Assembly: GCA_010356995.1 (NCBI GenBank)
Contig: ML996700.1
Coordinates: 310,001-374,000, forward strand
Source: Trichodelitschia bisporula
Lineage: Eukaryota
DNA: 64,000 bases
Direction of reading: 5' to 3'
Of this stretch, positions 1 through 13,900 are shown one piece after another. Each line of letters opens with the position of its first letter. Positions within the stretch are counted from its first letter, which is position 1. The position numbers and the translations under genes are program-made. Below the pieces are notes generated by a model. It had not been told where the DNA came from. It ran no database searches and saw nothing but the letters and a program-made list of their open reading frames with translations.

Positions 1-287
1 TTTCTGACAGCTTGTCACTTTCTTTCTTCGTCACCAAAAAAGTGACCTGACAGAGACCCACGTGCGCTGAATGTGAACGCCTCATTTGCTTGGAGCCCGC
101 TTCTCGAGGCGCGCTACCTTGAGCTTCACGCGCTTGACCCCCCCCCCCCACCATCCTCTGCAATCACTTCCATAAAACCCGCCAACCACTCGCCGAGTTT
201 GTGGACAGAATCAGCCTCGCAGCAAACACATATTCCTATGAAACTCACTCGTTGATCAGTCATGCGCATTGGCCCTGCATTCCCATC

Positions 288-3200
288 ATGTCGCAGAACG
301 TCACCCAAGCTGCTGCTGCTGCTCATGCCACAGCGGCTGTTGCCAAATCCGCAGACACCAACACAACCTTTGGCCTCTTCGCTTGGGTCATCCTATCCGT
401 TCTGAGAGTCATTCCAGGCTTGCTCTACCACGTCGTCACCTTCACCACCATTACCATCCCCACATGGCTCTACAGGGTCTTGTCCATCAGCCTCACTGTC
501 ACGGTCAATTTCAGTACATTGGCCTTCATTGGTGTTGCCTGCCTTTCGACTGTCAGCTATCTCGTTCGATACCGCTACCACACCTATGCTCGTTTGCCAG
601 CCGAACCGCCGCGGAAAGAGCCCGAGGTTGAAGTCTTTCCAGACCCCCAATCTGGCGACGCTAAACCCGGCTTATCCAATTATCTTGATGAATTCCTGAG
701 TGCCATCAAGGTTTTTGGCTATCTCGAGAGGTTGGTGCATCATCATTACAGTATCAGTCGTTTGCTAAGCAGCCAGACATGTTTTTCATGAGCTCACTCG
801 AACCATGCAAACGCGAAAGCTGGTTGCTGGTGAGACAGTGTTGCTTGAAGACGAAAATGGCTTCTGTCTAGTGGTTGAAGGTGCCGTTCAGATCTTTGTT
901 CGCTCCAGGCGTGACGAGTATGAGGCAAAAGATGGCTTCGAGTCGGACGATGAGTCGTCGCCTCCAGGAAACCGACAAGGATACCAGCTAATCACAGAGG
1001 TCAAGAACGGAGCGCCAATGTCATCTCTCTTCAGCATTCTCTCATTGTTCACAGAAGACGTGAAACTAAAACACGGTGACGACGAGCCTCCTGCGTCTGC
1101 CGGGTTTAGCCCAACGCATGTGCAAGGGGATGCCGCTCGTTCCCAAGCGACACCGGAACCCAATACGCCGCTTCAGAGTCCCGTCAATTTCTTCCCTGAC
1201 CCCCGTCAAGGCTCCCTCCACAGGAGGACGCAGTCGAACCTTGCCAGTCCCGCAGTCGGTGGACGACTTCCCATACCACCTCTTACGCTCGACCCAACGG
1301 AGGATGCAAAGAAATCCCGGAGCCATGTTCCTCACAACCATCGCGAATACCGGAGGCATCTCTCAGCGCATCCCGATATCGTTGCGAGGGCCGCGGTGGA
1401 CTCGACCATCGCCATTATCCCGGCTTCGGCATTCAAGCGCCTTACCAAGATGTACCCACGCGCAACTGCTCACATTATCAATGTGATTTTGACCCGCTTC
1501 TACCGGGTTACGCTGGTTACCGGCCACCAGTATCTTGGATTGACGCAGGAGATACTGCGGACCGAGAAATTGATGAACCAGTACACCACATGCGACTTGC
1601 CGGACTACCTCCGTGATTCGGCCTTGGTTCGACTCAAGGAGAAGTTTGCAAAAGAACGGGAACGTATCGGACCTGATGAGAGAATGAAGGGTCTCGCCCT
1701 CCATAACCCTCGAGTTGGCCGCCGCCGAGGCTCTAGCTCCGCTTTACGGAAAGAAGCCTCGCTACAGGCACGACTTGCGGCCGCCCGTTCCATGGGCGCT
1801 CGATCTCCGGATACCCCCTTTTCAGAAATCGACAGAGTAGGTATCAGTGCGGGCGATTTGCTGGCCAATGGACGCAGATTTTCATTCTCGCAGCCGCTCC
1901 AGACGCCGATGGTTACGCGACGTGGTGCTCGTTCTCCCCTCGACCAGAGCTATTTCCGTCCTCGTACCATGAAATACGACCACCAGGAGTCTGTTGACGA
2001 GAGCGAGATCTTTCGTGAGGCGATCCTAGAATGCATGTTTAAAGTCATTGGCTTGACAAACATTAATAACCTCCCTAAACCGGAGTCAACGGAACATTCG
2101 CCGCGCCTCGTCTCCTTCGACTCAAGACGACAAAAGGCGGTGTTCAGCAATGGTTTTGGCTTTGACCAATTCGACGGCTCGACAGAGGCTGATTCTGAAT
2201 CGGTAGCTTCTGCACCGCTGTCGTCCGCCAGCACTCTGAATCCGCAAAAACTCGTGGAGGACATGATCAATGAGCTTGATATCGTCTATTTTGACAAGGG
2301 CTCGGTATTGGTTGAGCAGCAAGAACGCCTCCCTGGGCTGTATTATGTCATTGACGGCTTCCTCGAAGTCAGTATAACGGTGGAAGAGGAGTCAAAGGAC
2401 TACAACATCTTCGGAACTGCTGGGTCAACTCCTGATGGCATGCCCACTCCACTGAAGAGGGTCACAACTCAGGACGCCCGGAAAGGTTCCTCTCATCATG
2501 GCTCGGGAAAGCCTAGCAAGCCGGGCGACAAGCGGAGACTACATCGTCAATCGTTGTTCCTTCAGAAGCCGGGATCGCTTGCAGGGTACTTGCCAGCCGT
2601 ATCGTCATACCGGTCATTTGTTGATGTTACCGCGAAAAGCGACGTCATCGTCGGCTTTTTGCCCCGCAGTGCGCTTGAACGCCTCATTGAAAGATACCCC
2701 ATCATTCTGCTGACCTTGGCAAAGCGCCTGACTTGCCTGCTGGATCGTATGATTCTGCACCTAGACTTTGCTCTGGAATACCTCCAAGTCAACGCTGGCA
2801 ACGTCATTTACAACCAAGGAGAGCAGAGCGACTCCATTTACATTGTTTTGAATGGACGTCTGCGGGCAATTCAGGAGCAAGAAGACAAGCCCATCCGTGT
2901 GCTTGGGGAGTACGGGCAAGGAGACAGTGTGGGAGAGCTTGAAGTGCTAAGCGGAACCATCAGACCTGGTTCACTTCATGCCATTCGCGACACCGAATTG
3001 GCGAAAGTTCCACGTGTACTCTTCAACAGCCTTGCGCAAGAACATCCCGGCGTCACCATGAGGATGTCCAAGATTCTTGCCAGACGCATGCGTGCTCTGA
3101 TGGAAGAACGGCTTGCTGGACACACTACGGATCGGACATCAACTGGGCCCGGTGTGAACCACTCTTCAACCGCGAATCTGCGCACTGTGTGCATAATGCC

Positions 3201-4813
3201 TGTAACTTCGGGTGTTCCTGTTGTCGATTTCGCTGCTCGCCTGGTCAACGCACTCGCCCAGATTGGCACTTCAGTCGTCTCGCTCAATCAGGCAGCCATT
3301 CTCAACCACCTCGGGCGACATGCCTTCAGCAAAGTTGGCAAGCTTAAGCTGTCGCAGTATCTCGCCGACCTCGAGGAAAAGTATGGACTGGTACTTTATG
3401 TCGCAGACACTACTGTTCAATCTCCTTGGACAAGCACCTGTATCACTCAGAGCGATTGCATACTTCTCGTTGCTGTGGCCGATGCATCACCTGCCGTCGG
3501 CGAGTATGAGCGCTTTTTGCTCACGACTAAAACAACGGCACGGAGAGAGCTTATCCTTCTACACACAGAACGGCTTTGCCCCCCGGGCCTCACTCGCAAA
3601 TGGCTTCAGAATCGGATGTGGATCAACGGTGGCCATCACCATATGCAAATGGCATTCAAAACTTCCCCAGAGCCGGTCCATCAACCCAACCGGCGGTTTG
3701 GCTCGGCATTGAAGCAGCGCGTACAGGTCATTCAAGCGGAAATCCAAAAGTACACTAGTCGCAAAGTGCCGCAGACGCCATTATATTCTGCAGAGACGCC
3801 ATTCAAGGGTGATTTTCACAGATTGGCTCGCAGACTTTGCGGCAAGTCTGTGGGGCTGGTGCTGGGTGGTGGAGGTGCTCGCGGAATAGCCCATGTTGGT
3901 GTAATTCGAGCTCTGGAGGAGGCCGGGATTCCAATTGACATGATCGGTGGGACGTCAATCGGTGCTTTTATCGGTGCCCTTTACGCTTGGGATGCGGGTA
4001 TCGTCCCAATGTACGGTCGAATTAAGCGCTTTGCTGGTCGTATGGGCAGCATGTGGCGCTTTGCTCTCGACCTGACCTACCCCTCGTGAGTCGCCCATTT
4101 TTTCTCTTTTATGACTAACGATTTGAAGTGCTTCCTATACCACTGGGCACGAGTTCAATCGCGGTATCTTCAAAACGTTTGGCAACTACTCGATTGAAGA
4201 TTTCTGGCTTCCTTTCTACTGCAACACAACCAACATTTCCAAGTCACGCATGGAGTACCACACCTCAGGATACGCGTGGCGCTATATCCGCGCATCCATG
4301 TCGCTCGCTGGTTTACTCCCACCACTGTGTGACGAAGGTAGCATGCTTCTGGATGGTGGCTACATTGACAACTTGACGGTTGTGCATATGAAATCTCTCG
4401 GGGCCGACGTCATATTTGCCGTTGACGTCGGCAGTCTCGATGACAATGCACCACAGGAATACGGCGACTCGTTGTCAGGCTTCTGGTCGCTCTTCAACCG
4501 GTGGAACCCCTTTTCCGTGGCACCCAATCCGCCAACGCTTAGTGACATCCAGTCACGCTTGGCCTACGTCTCGAGCGTAGATGCCTTGGAGCGAGCCAAA
4601 AATATGCCTGGCTGCCATTATATGCGGCCAGCCATTGACCCATTTGGCACGCTACAGTTTGGGAGTTTCGACGAGATTTATAGGGTAGGGTATGAGTATG
4701 GGAAGGAATACCTCGCCCACTTGAAGGAGCAGCGCGTGTTGCCACTGATGGAGGAGAGTGAGGAGAAGAAGAATTTGAGGAGGACGACAATGGCCAGACG
4801 GGCTAGCATTTGA
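288..4813 (+). CDS. NTE1: Lysophospholipase NTE1 (neuropathy target esterase family; cNMP-binding domains plus patatin domain), 3 exons
   Basis: ATG 288. GT-AG introns 731-776 and 4086-4128 join [21 protein letters not shown] and [18 protein letters not shown]-terminal hydrophobic segments. Patatin motifs [13 protein letters not shown] and DGGYIDN. TGA at 4811-4813. Confidence 0.96.
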
Positions 4814-5007
4814 GGCAAAGCTGATTGCAACCTGGAGTTTAGGCAGTCTCCTCTGATGGCGGTAGAATGTAGAACGACGATACATCTTCATCCTGGCGGT
4901 CGTGCCCTCCCCGTAGTATCAACTCGACGGTAATACTGCAGACTGAATGGCAAACTCCGAGTTTTATTCATTTTCTCCTTAGCATGTTGCCGGTGACTCG
5001 TTTCTCT

Positions 5008-6605
5008 TTATGTCCGTTTCGGGACATTCAAGTTAACGTGAATCGTCTTGATGTTAAGGTAGCCCCGGAGGCCCTCGATTCCGCTCTCGCGACCGTATCC
5101 GGACTGTTTGATGCCGCCAAACGGGGTATGTATCGACGTATTGAATGCTGCGTTGATGCTCACAGTTCCTGCTTCGATCTTCCCGGCCAAACGGAGAGCC
5201 CTAGAGATATCCGACGTATAAATGGCCGCTAATCTTATGAGACATGAAAAACTCTGAAGTTGACAATCGACTCACATCCGAGGCCATACTCCGTGCCATT
5301 TGCCAGTCCAATCGCTTCCTCTTCGGTCTTGAATGTCCTGAGGCAAAGAACAGGGCCAAATATCTCCTCCGTGAACCTGCGAAAGTCAGCGAGCTTTCAG
5401 GAACCGTCTCCCGGCGTACACTCTGCTATCAACAGCCGGGTTCAGTAGCACAGTAGGCTGCACAAATGCCCCTTTGTCGCCTAGCCTGTTCCCGCCAACC
5501 AGGACCTCAGTGCCCTCGGCCTTAGCACCCTCCAGGAAGCTCATAACACGCTCAAACTGCGCTCGGTCCGCCAGCGGGCCGATTGCCGTGGTGGCACTCG
5601 AAGCGTCTCCCATCTTTCCACTGGCGTTCTCAAAGGCGAACTTGAGTTTCTTCACGAATTCCGCCGCAATGCCCTCCTGGACGAGCACTCGGGACGCGGC
5701 AAAGCAAATCTGACCCGTATTGCGTAAGAATCCACTAGAGTTGGCCTCAACGGCGTTGTCAAGATCCGCATCATCGAAGATGAGCGATGGCGACTTCCCA
5801 CCGAGTTCTAGTGACACATGCTTCAGGTTGGACCGCGCCGCCGCTATCTGGACCGCACGCCCCGCAGCCGCTGAACCCGTGAAGGCAATCTTCGCAATCT
5901 GCATATGCGATGCGAGGTGGGCGCCCACAGAACCCGCTCCGGTAACAATGTTGATCACTCCGGGCGGAAAGCCCGCCTCCTTGATCAAGTCACCGTAAGC
6001 CAGCGCTCCAAGTGGCGACTTCTCCGACGGCTTGAAGACAAACGTATTGCCCGCTGCCAGGGCAGGCGCCATCTTCCACGCCGCAAGCACGTGCGTCGCG
6101 TTCCAAGCCGCGATGCCCGCACACACCCCCAGTGGCTCATATTGCACGATCTTGTACGTGCCGTCGCCGTCTGGCGGGTAGCTCTCGCCAGCGATGCGGC
6201 CGGCGTAGCTGGCGTAGAAGCGCCATAGGGCAGCGGGACCGCGGCCCACGCCCGCGGCTGCAATGATGGGCAGGCCCATGGCTATGCTCTCGAGCTTCGC
6301 CAGCCGCTCTGCATGCTGCTCCAGCAGATCAGCGAACTTGAGCATGCATGCTGCGCGATCGCGGCCGGGGAGTGCGGCCCAGGATGGGAAGGCGCGTTTA
6401 GCGGCAGTGACGGCAGCGTCGATGTCAGTTGGCGAAGCCACTTGGACGGCGTCGGTGACGAGAGAGTCATCGCTGGGGTTGAAGATGGAGAGGGCTTCGT
6501 TGGTGGTGGCGGGGACGTACTGGAGCGGTTAGTGGGGGGTTTGGTGGGGTTTGGTGGACGTGATACTTCATTGTTGATGAACTGGTTCGTTTGGAACTCA
6601 GCCAT
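5008..6605 (-). CDS. NAD(P)-dependent aldehyde dehydrogenase, 4 exons
   Basis: ATG 6605 ([13 protein letters not shown]). Introns 6520-6566, 5377-5419 and 5229-5275. ALDH motifs [18 protein letters not shown] (catalytic Cys), EEIFGP and [13 protein letters not shown]. Confidence 0.95.
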
Positions 6606-7267
6606 GATGATTTGTAGCTTGCGTGAGCTTATAAATTCGGGATGGAGATGGACTGGTTATTATGAAGGATACTCTCTGCTTGCTATTTATTATTTATCCC
6701 TATGATGAAGACTGATTCCCCTCATGAGGCCGTCCGAGGTCCCACGCACTCTACCCCGCTCCAGGCCGCATTGGGAGCTGATCCTGGTACGGAGGGAACG
6801 GCTAATATCAGTTGCTGGTAGGGAAGAAGGCTCATATACTTGAAGACTGAAAAGTACCCTTCAAACGGAACTTGTCAGCCTTAATTAGACGGGAGACTGT
6901 GTGTCGTTGGTGCACTCCTACTGGATTGCCATCGGACCTGTCCATCTTTGCGGGGTTTGGAGCACGCCATGGTCTGGGTATGATGATTCCCACAGACATG
7001 GATTCCACTTCGGGTTTGTCGCATCTGGACAGACTTAATGTACCAAGGAGGGTGGTGAGCAGACGTCGAGATAAAGCGGACGCCGCGCGTTTTCACTCCA
7101 CCACGCTAAAGCAGGACTTCGCAGGTTCTAGAACCTGTGCCACGCAAGCACATCGAGGATGAAACTAACACATAGGATCGAAGGTATAAAGAGGTACGAG
7201 CTATCCGTCATATTCTGGCAAAAGTATCCCAATTCATATCAGCTGCTTTGCAGTCAACCTCAAGTCC

Positions 7268-7711
7268 TCAAAGAGGACCGCCCCGGACCGCCGAAGTCCC
7301 GTCATCTGGCCCAGGAAGACCCTTCATACGTCAACGTCAACGACTCACGCCCATGAAGGCCATGGCTCGATACCTACCTCTTCATCGCCCGGTTCCCGGT
7401 ATACACCCCGCGGTTTCTCAACATCTCGCAAGCGCTCCTTGACAATGTTGCTCGTATCAATCGCTTCGACGTCATCCCGTTCTAGAGATGAATGCACCGG
7501 GTCAGCCATCTATAATCCTGGAGGTGGAGACTCAGGTATCATCCATACCAAGCTGCGCGTCGCTATCTTCTGTGGCCGGATTCACGCCACTCGGCACCGG
7601 GTCTGTGTCTTTCAGGACGGGAACCGCGTCGTGGTCTTTCCGGGCGTAAGCACCGGGGGCGAAGTTGTCGCTGGGGTAGATGTCTTCAACCTTTCTTTCG
7701 TCGGCAGGCAT
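7268..7711 (-). CDS. Small acidic hydrophilic fungal protein (about 106 aa; possibly CHZ/histone-chaperone-like), 3 exons
   Basis: Manually spliced: ATG 7711, introns 7482-7548 (GTATGG..GCTGAC..TAG) and 7322-7377 (GTAGGT..GTTGAC..AAG), TGA 7268-7270. Product MPADERKVEDIYPSDNF...DSDAQLERDDVEAIDTSNIVKERLR...YREPGDEEGLPGPDDGTSAVRGGPL. The family label is from recollection of similar motifs. Confidence 0.8.
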
Positions 7712-9873
7712 CGTGGATCAAGATGTGGATATGGTATTTCGGGTTCAACGCTGAGTAGAAGTCATCCAAGTTGCTTGGAATGGTCGTCCTCAAAGGCTTT
7801 CATTTATGCCTGTGGGTTCTCCGAGTACCTCATGGAAGGTTGTGTGTTGGAGCGTCATCGTGACGTAAAATGTGGTGATCAGTTTGTGACGGGAAGGCAC
7901 GTCTTGGGCTGACGGGCTACAAGAGATCGCGATGCCGCATACTGGCAGATCAGTGTAACATAAAGCTAGGCAAAGATCAGAGAAGAGCGCCCTCGATGAT
8001 GGGGGAAAGTGCTCTCTTTAAGGGAACGATCCCGATCCCGCGGGGTCCGAAGGCAAGAGTCCGGGGGTGGGGACACCGCTTAGGCGACCGGAACAGTTCG
8101 CAACTTCCGCCTCATCACGGCCGGCCCAGACCAACCATCGATTGTGTTACTGGCCTGGGGAAGTCTACGTTGCGTACACCTCTCATTCGGGAGTTGACCC
8201 AGACACTTGTATAGCATACGCAGCATCATGTAACCAGCATCCGCCACACGTCACCAGATTCATTGGTCCAAAGGAGATATCTAACAGCGACTGCCGGGTC
8301 CAGGCCGAGCCGAGAGCTCCACGTCCTGCAGCCTTTTTCCACGCTTAGAAGGCCGCCTGTTTCCGCTATCTAGAACTAGCTCGGGCACTTGGCTAGCGAA
8401 TTTAAGAGGACCGGTGAGCTGATATGAGGGCTGTCAAAGCATCTGAAAAATTGCGAGCAGGTAGAAGTCTGGATGGTTCGAGCAAGACCTGAACGTAATT
8501 ATGTACTTCGCGTCCAAGATTCCATCGAAGATGCGCTTATTACGCATCCTTTCATTGGTTCTTTTTCACGACACGTGCTCCGCAAGGCTGAAACCCACCC
8601 TTGTTCTTGGATGAAAGAGCGAAAGTTCATTGCCTCTGCTTACGCAAAATCAGCAGCAGGAGCATGTTTCGGCATTTGTGGATTTGCCTTGAATACTGTA
8701 GTTCTAGTTCTTGAGAACAAAAGGGTGGTCAATCCAAACCACGGTCTTCGTCAGTGGTACTCGCAATGGGTCGCGGAGCATCCACATTGCAACGTCCTCA
8801 TCGCCGTAGTGTACCACAATATTCAATCATCGTGGAAACAATGGAACCACAATCTCTGCTTACCTTTATCTTGGAGATCGGAGCCCGCCTAGAACAATCT
8901 AACACCTTTGGTCACCCGACATGGGTTTAGCTTCACCATGTTGCATACTCAGATCTACCTACAGCGCGTTCCTATCGGCCTCACGGGGATGATTTAAGCA
9001 TCAAGCATACTAGTTTGCCGAACTGTCCATAGGGCCCTAGTTCCTTGCTGAAGAATGTCTGGCCGGGAGGATATATGGCAAGTTTGTGATGAAGAAGCCG
9101 ACGAACCAAAGTGATGAGAGTATTTCGAAGTTCCATAATTATGGTGATGCAGTACGTGGTTGACAAGGCGTGAATCCCTCCTTCAATCAATGTGTATAAG
9201 CCAGCGGCTCAGAGTCAACAATCTCCGCAAGCAACATTGCAGCAAATCTTCAGTGTAACAAAACGGCATGCGCGAACAATAAAACAATACGTCACTTACG
9301 CCTAGCTACGTCACCGTGACGAAAGCGGCTAAGCACAAAGCCAATGCATCAATGCTTCCGCAAAAGCAACACGGTCGCGTTGTAAGGGGCCTGCGGTTCC
9401 GATTGGACCATTGGCCATCGATCGGGCGCGGGCATGGCTCGCGGAGCAAGCACTGACAGCCGCTCGGACATCGTGGTCGGTAGCCGCGGTGGGGAAGCCG
9501 GACCTGAGCGAGGGGCGTACGGTGCGGGGCTGAGGGGAAGCCAGGAGTTGGAGTTAGCACTCTCCAGCCGCCTGCAAAACACTGCAAAGAGCGCAACACA
9601 ATTCAAGATGGGGAGAGCCTGGTTCGATTCATAGCCGCATAGCTCAGCATAGTCATTTATCCCCGCGATCACTATATGATGTCTGGAGCTCCTTGGCCAT
9701 GTAAGCCTACCACTGTGGCATGGGCATGATGATCCTAACAACGCTTCATATCCTTCCCTTTCCCAGTAGGCTCGAAGAGCAAGAAGCATGAGAGCCCGAA
9801 TGCCAGCAATAGAAAGCCCTGCAGCGCAGCAGCCGAAAAAGCGCCGCTATTCACGAGACGGAGCGTTCCAGGA

Positions 9874-9903
9874 AGAGTCAGAAAAGAGTCAGAAAAGAGT
9901 CAG
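9874..9903. repeat. Short tandem repeat, unit aaaagagtcag, about 3 copies
   Basis: Sequence reads ggaagagtcagaaaagagtcagaaaagagtcag, downstream of the NHP6 stop. Confidence 0.7.
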
Positions 9904-10093
9904 GCTTCATTCCGTGCATACATGCTTCCGCAGCATCCCGCCAGTACACACACCCCGCAAATAAAACCCCAGTGAATCGAGAACAACCCATAACGTACTT
10001 GCCGCGTGCAGAGGAACATAAGAAAACCTACTCCCATTTCACAACCCAGCAAGCAGATAGTACAGGCGAAAAGGAAAGAAAACCAAGGGAAGA

Positions 10094-10582
10094 TTAGTCT
10101 TCATCCTCATCTTCCTCTTCGGCAGCCTACTCATCCTGTCAGGTGAGTTATTCCACGAGAGCGAGAAGGGATACGAGCGAGGGGTATGTGGGCACTAACA
10201 GCATTGTACTTGGCCTTCTCGGCTTCGTAGCGCTCCTTGTCCTTACGGGCCTGCTCCTCGTAAGGCTTCTTGTCCTTGTCCGTCAATTCCTTCCACTTCT
10301 CGCCAAGGATCTTGCCGACATCACCTGCAACGGTGGTTAACATTGAGCCATGGCCATGGAGGGGTGTCTAGACTTACCGAACTTGATGCCAGGGTTATCC
10401 TCGCGAACTTTGTCACGGTTATCGTTGGCGAAGAACATGTAAGCAGAGAGGCCACGCTTGGGAGCGTTGGGATCTACGGACGGTTAGCTCTACGACCGGG
10501 GGACTGGAAGACAAGACATACCCTTCTGGCGCTTGGTCGGGGCCTTGGCCTTGGACTTGCGGGTCTTCGTTTCCTTAGGCAT
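10094..10582 (-). CDS. NHP6: Non-histone chromosomal HMG-box protein NHP6, 4 coding exons
   Basis: ATG 10582. Introns 10474-10521, 10325-10377 and 10127-10199. HMG box [47 protein letters not shown]. Acidic tail [10 protein letters not shown]. Confidence 0.96.
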
Positions 10583-10600
10583 GGTGTTGAATGAAGAGAG

Positions 10601-10963
10601 CTGATTAGAATGTTAGCGATGTGCCGGATTCACAGCGATGATGAGTAAAGCGGAAGGAAGGAAGTGAGAGCGAGAGAGAGAGGCCTGATGAGGAGCTCGG
10701 GGACGTAGAAGTGAAGGGTGCAGGAGAGCGAACGCGTTTCGTTGGCATGAATGTGGGCTAACGCGCAGTCGAGATGCAGAGACTGCCAATGACGCGTCTG
10801 AAAAGCGGCGATGAACGCGCTTTTCTGCAACTTGACGCGACGATGAGAGAATGCGATGGTGGTGAGGGGTAGACTTGTCGCAGCCAGTGCATGCGCAACA
10901 CCATTGCAATGGTGAAGCGACGACAGAACGGCGAGTTTTTTTCTCAATTAAGAAAAGACTCAC
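10601..10963 (-). other. Probable 5'-UTR intron of NHP6
   Basis: Minus-strand GTGAGT donor near 10963. GCTAAC branch and CAG acceptor at about 10601, 18 nt upstream of the ATG. Confidence 0.6.
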
Positions 10964-13900
10964 TCTGATGAGGTTCGCGATCAGGAAAATGAAGCAGAGA
11001 GTTTATGCGCCTGTGATGGGGATCAGCTGCTAGCTGTTGGAGGTGCACAGTAAAGGTTGAAGTGGGAGCGCAAGGCTTCGCGGGCAGGTTAGACGGGAGC
11101 AGGCTTGCGACAGCGACGACAGATGAAGGAGAAGCGATGAAGCTTCTCGTGCAGGATCTGAAAGCGTTTCGTTGAAGCAGGAGAAGTGAAGGGAAAGGAG
11201 AGTGGTATTTGTGAGTATTGGAAGAAAAGTGAAATTTTGTTGAAGATCGGAACTGTTATGCAGAGGGGTTGCTTGTGAGTATGAGTGCAGGCAAACGTAC
11301 CGTAGCAGAGTAGTATGGGGGGAGTTTGTATGGGGGAAAATGTGAGTGAGTGGGTTTGGGTGGGAGAAGCAGAGTGAGAGAGGAAGAGAGTGGTAGGAGA
11401 CAGGCGGGTGCGGGCACTGCAAAGTAGTTTGGGTGGACCAGTTGCTTTGGTTTGGGTGGCCGGGGGGATGGGAGGAGAGAGGGAGAGGAGGGGGGAGGGT
11501 GGCTTGGCAGTTTTTGGGTGAGAGTGGGCGGAAGCGGGGGACCCAGTCAGTGGTCGTTCTTGCCTTGTGCTTGCCAGTCTCCTGTGCACTCCCTACCGTA
11601 CCTACAACTACAGGGTGTTGCGGTGTCTCCGTTTGCGGTGTTAAATATCAACTAGAGAAATGACACTTGATTGGCCATATTCACATTACCACGTGTTGGT
11701 TGTGTATGATACAGGGTGCGCTAATAATCTCCAACGCTAGCCGTTTACGGGAGAGCGCAGGACCCCTGGCGACCATTTCATTGAGAACCGCGACAGCGGC
11801 ACGACTTGCACGAACACGATGTGGCAGAGAGCGACCGAATGGATATCGGTTGAGTGGCTCTCGGTCCCGTTCTTTTCCTATATCTCTCATCGGCCAACAC
11901 CCGATACATCAACGCTGGTGTACCGTATGGAGCATATGGCGATACTTGATGGATTCCGGTATCGGGGAATCGTACAACTGACCATGGTCGTACTTCGTCA
12001 AGCCATCATCAGTCGACAAGCATTCGATTAGCATCTTGCGAGCTCGATGATGGAAGCCGTGGAGCGAAGTGTGTGGTCTGAATCTCGGGTACTATCTTCT
12101 TTCTGATTGTTGTGGCGAAAGCGGACGTGCAGTGGGAGTTCCCAAGGTATCTTTCCGGTTGCCGGCGTACCACAGACGTGAACCATTCACCCTCGGTCGA
12201 TAATATCGGCAAGAGATGTGACTACGGCTGGTCCTTGGCCTATTCCGGGAATGTCTTTGCGTGGGGAACGACTCGGGAGTTCAGCTGTGGAATCAATTAC
12301 CCGTAGCTACGAGACCTTACCATATGGGAAAGAAGTCTCCATATGAAGACTCTAGGAAAACTGGAGTAATCGAAAACCCGGGTATCAGGCGAATGGACGA
12401 TCCCTTCCAATTCTCGGCGTCAAAGCAGTGGTTGGGGTGGAAACAGAGGTAGTGGATTTTGATAGCGATTCTCCAGTCGCTTGCATTGATACTCCAGCGG
12501 CAGAAGATCCATCGGCGGGCTTGCTGGAAGGGACGGCAGGCAGGAATATCTTGACTCTCCAGAAACGGTAGAAAAGAGGAGTTGTAAAGGAGACCATGGC
12601 TTCGGAGACAGACAGCAGATGTGTGGAGAAGTTGCGTTTAAGAAGCAGTCAGTCGTGGTGGGCAGAGATGCGCTTGCCGTGCTATTGCTTGATGCGCTAT
12701 CACATGACTATATTTCAGTGTAAGGTGCAAGGAAGGGAGTCTTGGCTGAAGCTCATAGTTTCGGCTCGAGTGTGTTTTATACAGGTTCAAGGCGACAGCA
12801 TCCGATCATAACCTTGTTTCCGCTTGTTTTGCTGTCTCTTCGCCAGCTGCCGTGTTCATCCGGCCATGCTCCGATCTGCTTGTGGGCAACACCACAAGCA
12901 TTTGATGTTCAGTCAAAGAAATCCCCTCCTTTAGCTTCTTTTGCGCCCGCATCTTCTCTTTCTCTCTCTTCCAGTACACCCGAACATCCTGATCTCGACG
13001 CTCTTCTTGCCCTTTGATAACTGGCACGAACGGTGGTCGGGGCAGGCGTGGCCGCAACCACCCACCATCTCCCTTTAACCAACCCCCCAACCCCGTCCCT
13101 TCCACCATCCACGGCCACCACCACCACCCAAATTCACCATCCACCATCTACGGATATACGCATCCCTCTCTTCCATTTCCCTTACATTTTACCACACACA
13201 CACAGCCCCTCCCCTTTCCACCAATTCAGCCGCTTGGGCTCTCACCGGCACCTAACCTAGCCTGCTCACCTCTTACCCTCCCACTTTGCCCCTCCTACCA
13301 TAAGTCCAGCCTCGAGGTAAGCAAGCAGGAGCTTGCGTGCTTCAGTTGTAGCCGTCTCTAGGCACTACTGTTGCAGCATTGTCTGCTCGCTCGGTATGAG
13401 CGCCCGCTTTTCCCACCTACCCCAGTCTGTTATTTTTGTTCTCCTTCTTAACCCCTCCCACCTTCACCCTCCCTCATTTCTCTTTCCTCACCACAGGATC
13501 AGAGGCGGAACGCGTCAGGTATTTCATGAGACGCCTTGCTGCCAGCCCGTAGCAGAACCGGGTCTGATATCATTTGGGAATTCCTATTGCCACCACGCTT
13601 TCGAGTACCTCTCCTTTATTTTCTTGTTCGACCCGAGAATGGCATAGGACGGCGCCAATAAATTGAGCAAGCTGCTCACAGCAGCTGCATGCTCCGGTAC
13701 GTGTGCATATACGTACTTACTGCACTGGGGTAGTGGTGTGCAGGAAGGTGAGGCAGGGTGGCCGAGAGGGTTGGTCCTCCAACTGGTGCTAACCCGCCAA
13801 ATATCCGCCGGGTGGGATACGCAGTACTGTACTGCGCAGGTCTGTTCCATTATGGCACACTATCTATCCCATCTCACATTAGGTATCGGCGCTCCCGCAC

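Noticed and set aside
5386..5419. Apparent premature stop truncating the aldehyde dehydrogenase ORF
   Set aside because: The stop lies inside a canonical 43-nt intron (5377-5419), so the gene is intact.
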